Shown: one piece after another, positions 61,944 through 64,000 of the stretch
Position numbering within the stretch: position 1 is the first letter of the stretch
Layout of the letters: each line of letters starts with the position of its first letter
Origin: an uncultured cyanobacterium
GTDB taxonomy: Bacteria > Cyanobacteriota > Cyanobacteriia > Pseudanabaenales > Pseudanabaenaceae
Length of the DNA: 64,000 nt
Assembly: GCA_963703315.1 (NCBI GenBank)
Contig: OY969811.1
Span: 1,248,001 to 1,312,000 of the forward strand
Reading direction: 5' to 3'
Notes under the pieces: generated by a model
Told to the model about the DNA's origin: nothing
Seen by the model: the letters and a program-made list of their open reading frames with translations, nothing else
The model's database searches: none
Made by a program: the position numbers and the translations under genes

Positions 61944-61979
61944 ACTTTACCTAAAAGAGGAAATGCGGCAAAAATGTCT

Positions 61980-62900
61980 CTATGCTTTATAGCTATCCCT
62001 TCTCATATCGTAATCAGGACCTTTACCTCTAATATAATTTGCTACATATCTTACATAGTGCATTGCATTAGATATATAGCATTCCTTTTGGCTACCTAGA
62101 ATCGTGATATTTGAATTTGATGTTCTTCTATGTGTGGGAACCTTGCCTGCATAAAGGGGAGTCAATTCACTAGGATAATAGTGAGCAGTTAGAGATTTGC
62201 GACTGAATCGTGGATCACGATTGTTGTAAGCTCCATGAATAGTGTAGGGATGCCAGAAAAGTACATCACCCTTTTTGAGTGGAAAACTGCGATATTCGTA
62301 ATTACCCTCATTAATTAAATTGTTGATCTGTTTTACAAAGGTGTCATGGTCGGAAAAATTTGAAGCACTTTTCCGTTCAATCACTCTACCCTTGTGACTA
62401 CCAGGAAGAACAAAAAAGCAGCCTGCATCTTCATGGATGTCTTCCAATGAATACCAAGCGGCAACCATTTTTCCAGGTGGTTCTGAGTCTAGATAGTAGT
62501 GATCTTGATGTTCGACAGTCCCTGTTGATTTGTCAAAAAACATATTTTGCATCATTACATAACTAGATGCTTCTGACAGTACATTAAGGACCGCAGTAAT
62601 GTTTTCATCAACTAGGCATTCTTCCACAGATTGTGAAAATTGCTTCCAAAGTTTCAAGCTTGCAGGATTTAATATTGAGTTCTCTATAAATCCCTCTTGA
62701 GTCAGCTTTGGTCTTGTAGGAATGTGAGTATCCTGACTAAAAAAAACAAAAGAGTTGGAATGCTTGATTATCTCGTAAGAATCAAGAAGATATTGGATTT
62801 TAGAATGGTTCAACAAATTTTCGACTATTACATAACCATAGGAATCATAGTATTCCTTGATCTCATTTTTCTCACTTACGGGAAACTTGTTAAGGGGCAT
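61980..62900 (-). CDS. Phytanoyl-CoA dioxygenase (PhyH)-family Fe/2OG oxygenase
   Basis: YGYVIVENLL, EHQDHYY, AWYSLED..GCFFVLPGSH, KGDVLFWH..IHG..RKSLTAHY. Confidence 0.88.
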   Translation of the reverse strand: MPLNKFPVSEKNEIKEYYDSYGYVIVENLLNHSKIQYLLDSYEIIKHSNSFVFFSQDTHIPTRPKLTQEGFIENSILNPASLKLWKQFSQSVEECLVDENITAVLNVLSEASSYVMMQNMFFDKSTGTVEHQDHYYLDSEPPGKMVAAWYSLEDIHEDAGCFFVLPGSHKGRVIERKSASNFSDHDTFVKQINNLINEGNYEYRSFPLKKGDVLFWHPYTIHGAYNNRDPRFSRKSLTAHYYPSELTPLYAGKVPTHRRTSNSNITILGSQKECYISNAMHYVRYVANYIRGKGPDYDMRRDSYKA

Positions 62901-63064
62901 ATCTAACCTCCAATATGTTTTTGTAAAAGCAATCTTAATTGTAAGTAATTTTAATTTTAGTGCAATATATTTATTTTTAGATTTATAATTTATTGAAGTA
63001 TAAATTACTAACTCATATTAATTTACATAATACTTTAATATTCATTAATATCAAGGGTTAGTGA

Positions 63065-64000
63065 CTAAATAATTTTATTAATACCAAGAATATTAATATA
63101 TTTGGAAGTAGCTGTCTCTAAGCCAAATTGATCAAGCCAATATGAATCAACTGGTTTGGGATTACCAGCTAAAACTTGTAAAATTGAGTTTGCAAGGGCT
63201 TCACTATCTTCCACTGGAGTTAAGTAGCCATATTTACCTTCTGCTAAAATTTCCGATGGTCCACTTTCGCAGTCGGTAGATACAACAGGGGTTCCTAGTG
63301 CCATTGCTTCAATCAAGACGGTGGGTAAACCTTCCCAAGCTGATGAGAGGGCAAATACTGCCGATCGCGCCATGTAGGAATATGGATTTTGGGTATACCC
63401 TGGTAAATCTACATCCTCTTGGAGACCCAATTCTTGGATTAGTGCTTCTAGTTCAGGGCGATCGGGTCCCCAACCTAAAATTACAAGACGTGCAGGTCTA
63501 ACTTGGCGTACTTTCGCAAAAGCACGAATTAAGTTTGGAAAATCTTTTTGGGCTTCTAGTTTACCTACTCCTAAGATTACAGGTATATCTGACAAGTTAA
63601 ACCAAGGATGCTCTAAAGGTTCTTTGGCACTCGTTAGCATCTCATCGTTAATGACGGGATTATAAATTGTCTGAATGCTTTCCAATGGTAGAGAAGCTGT
63701 ACGGGCAAGATCTTGAGCAACTCCTTCAGAAACAGCGACGATCCCATCAGCCCAAGGATATAAAAACCGTGCGAAGAGCGGAGCCAATTTCCCTTTCAGT
63801 TTAGTGGCATTTCGTGCAGTTTTAGAAAGTTGATTATGTTCAGCAACCACCAGTTGCAATGGAACTCCAGCAATACGTTTAGATAATAATGCAATTTCAT
63901 TAAGATAATGATCGGCTGCTAGCAAAGCATTAGGACGTTCTTGTTTGATGTAGCGAACTAGTCCTGGTAAACTCATATACAAATTGGGAGCTTTGAGATT
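63065..64000 (-). CDS. GT4 glycosyltransferase; 5' end lies beyond the window
   Basis: IYNPV, VGKLEAQKDF, WEGLPTVLIEAM; frame is open to 64000. Confidence 0.9.
   Translation of the reverse strand, partial: NLKAPNLYMSLPGLVRYIKQERPNALLAADHYLNEIALLSKRIAGVPLQLVVAEHNQLSKTARNATKLKGKLAPLFARFLYPWADGIVAVSEGVAQDLARTASLPLESIQTIYNPVINDEMLTSAKEPLEHPWFNLSDIPVILGVGKLEAQKDFPNLIRAFAKVRQVRPARLVILGWGPDRPELEALIQELGLQEDVDLPGYTQNPYSYMARSAVFALSSAWEGLPTVLIEAMALGTPVVSTDCESGPSEILAEGKYGYLTPVEDSEALANSILQVLAGNPKPVDSYWLDQFGLETATSKYINILGINKII

Overview
Chromosomal window from a cyanobacterium, based on dense HIP1 GCGATCGC octamers and the genes psb29, ycf20, ycf55-like, cyAbrB and Fd-GOGAT; a Pseudanabaena-like genome is my inference. 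It carries about 45 protein-coding genes. Housekeeping and metabolic genes include ahcY, recF, radA, folK, glsF, mntCAB, 5-oxoprolinase, 5'-nucleotidase, GH57 and GH94. Accessory units are an OsmC-like/acyl-CoA-dehydrogenase-like/cyanase cassette, an FHA-Uma2-CHAT-DUF928-kinase cluster, a signal-peptide EndoU nuclease with two coupled candidate immunity genes, two type II TA pairs (one followed by an EVE gene), and the downstream part of a minus-strand polysaccharide locus. That locus contains a Wzy-like gene, six GT4 glycosyltransferases and two Fe/2OG dioxygenases, and is interrupted by an IS630 nested in an IS701-family element. Most intergenic spaces are built from repeats: long palindromes with C-NNA-G triloops, MITEs whose ends match the two IS elements in the window, and GTAG-type REP doublets. 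Repeats are also inserted in frame in two enzymes. No rRNA, tRNA or CRISPR array was seen. All calls come from reading the sequence and recognising motifs; no database searches were run.
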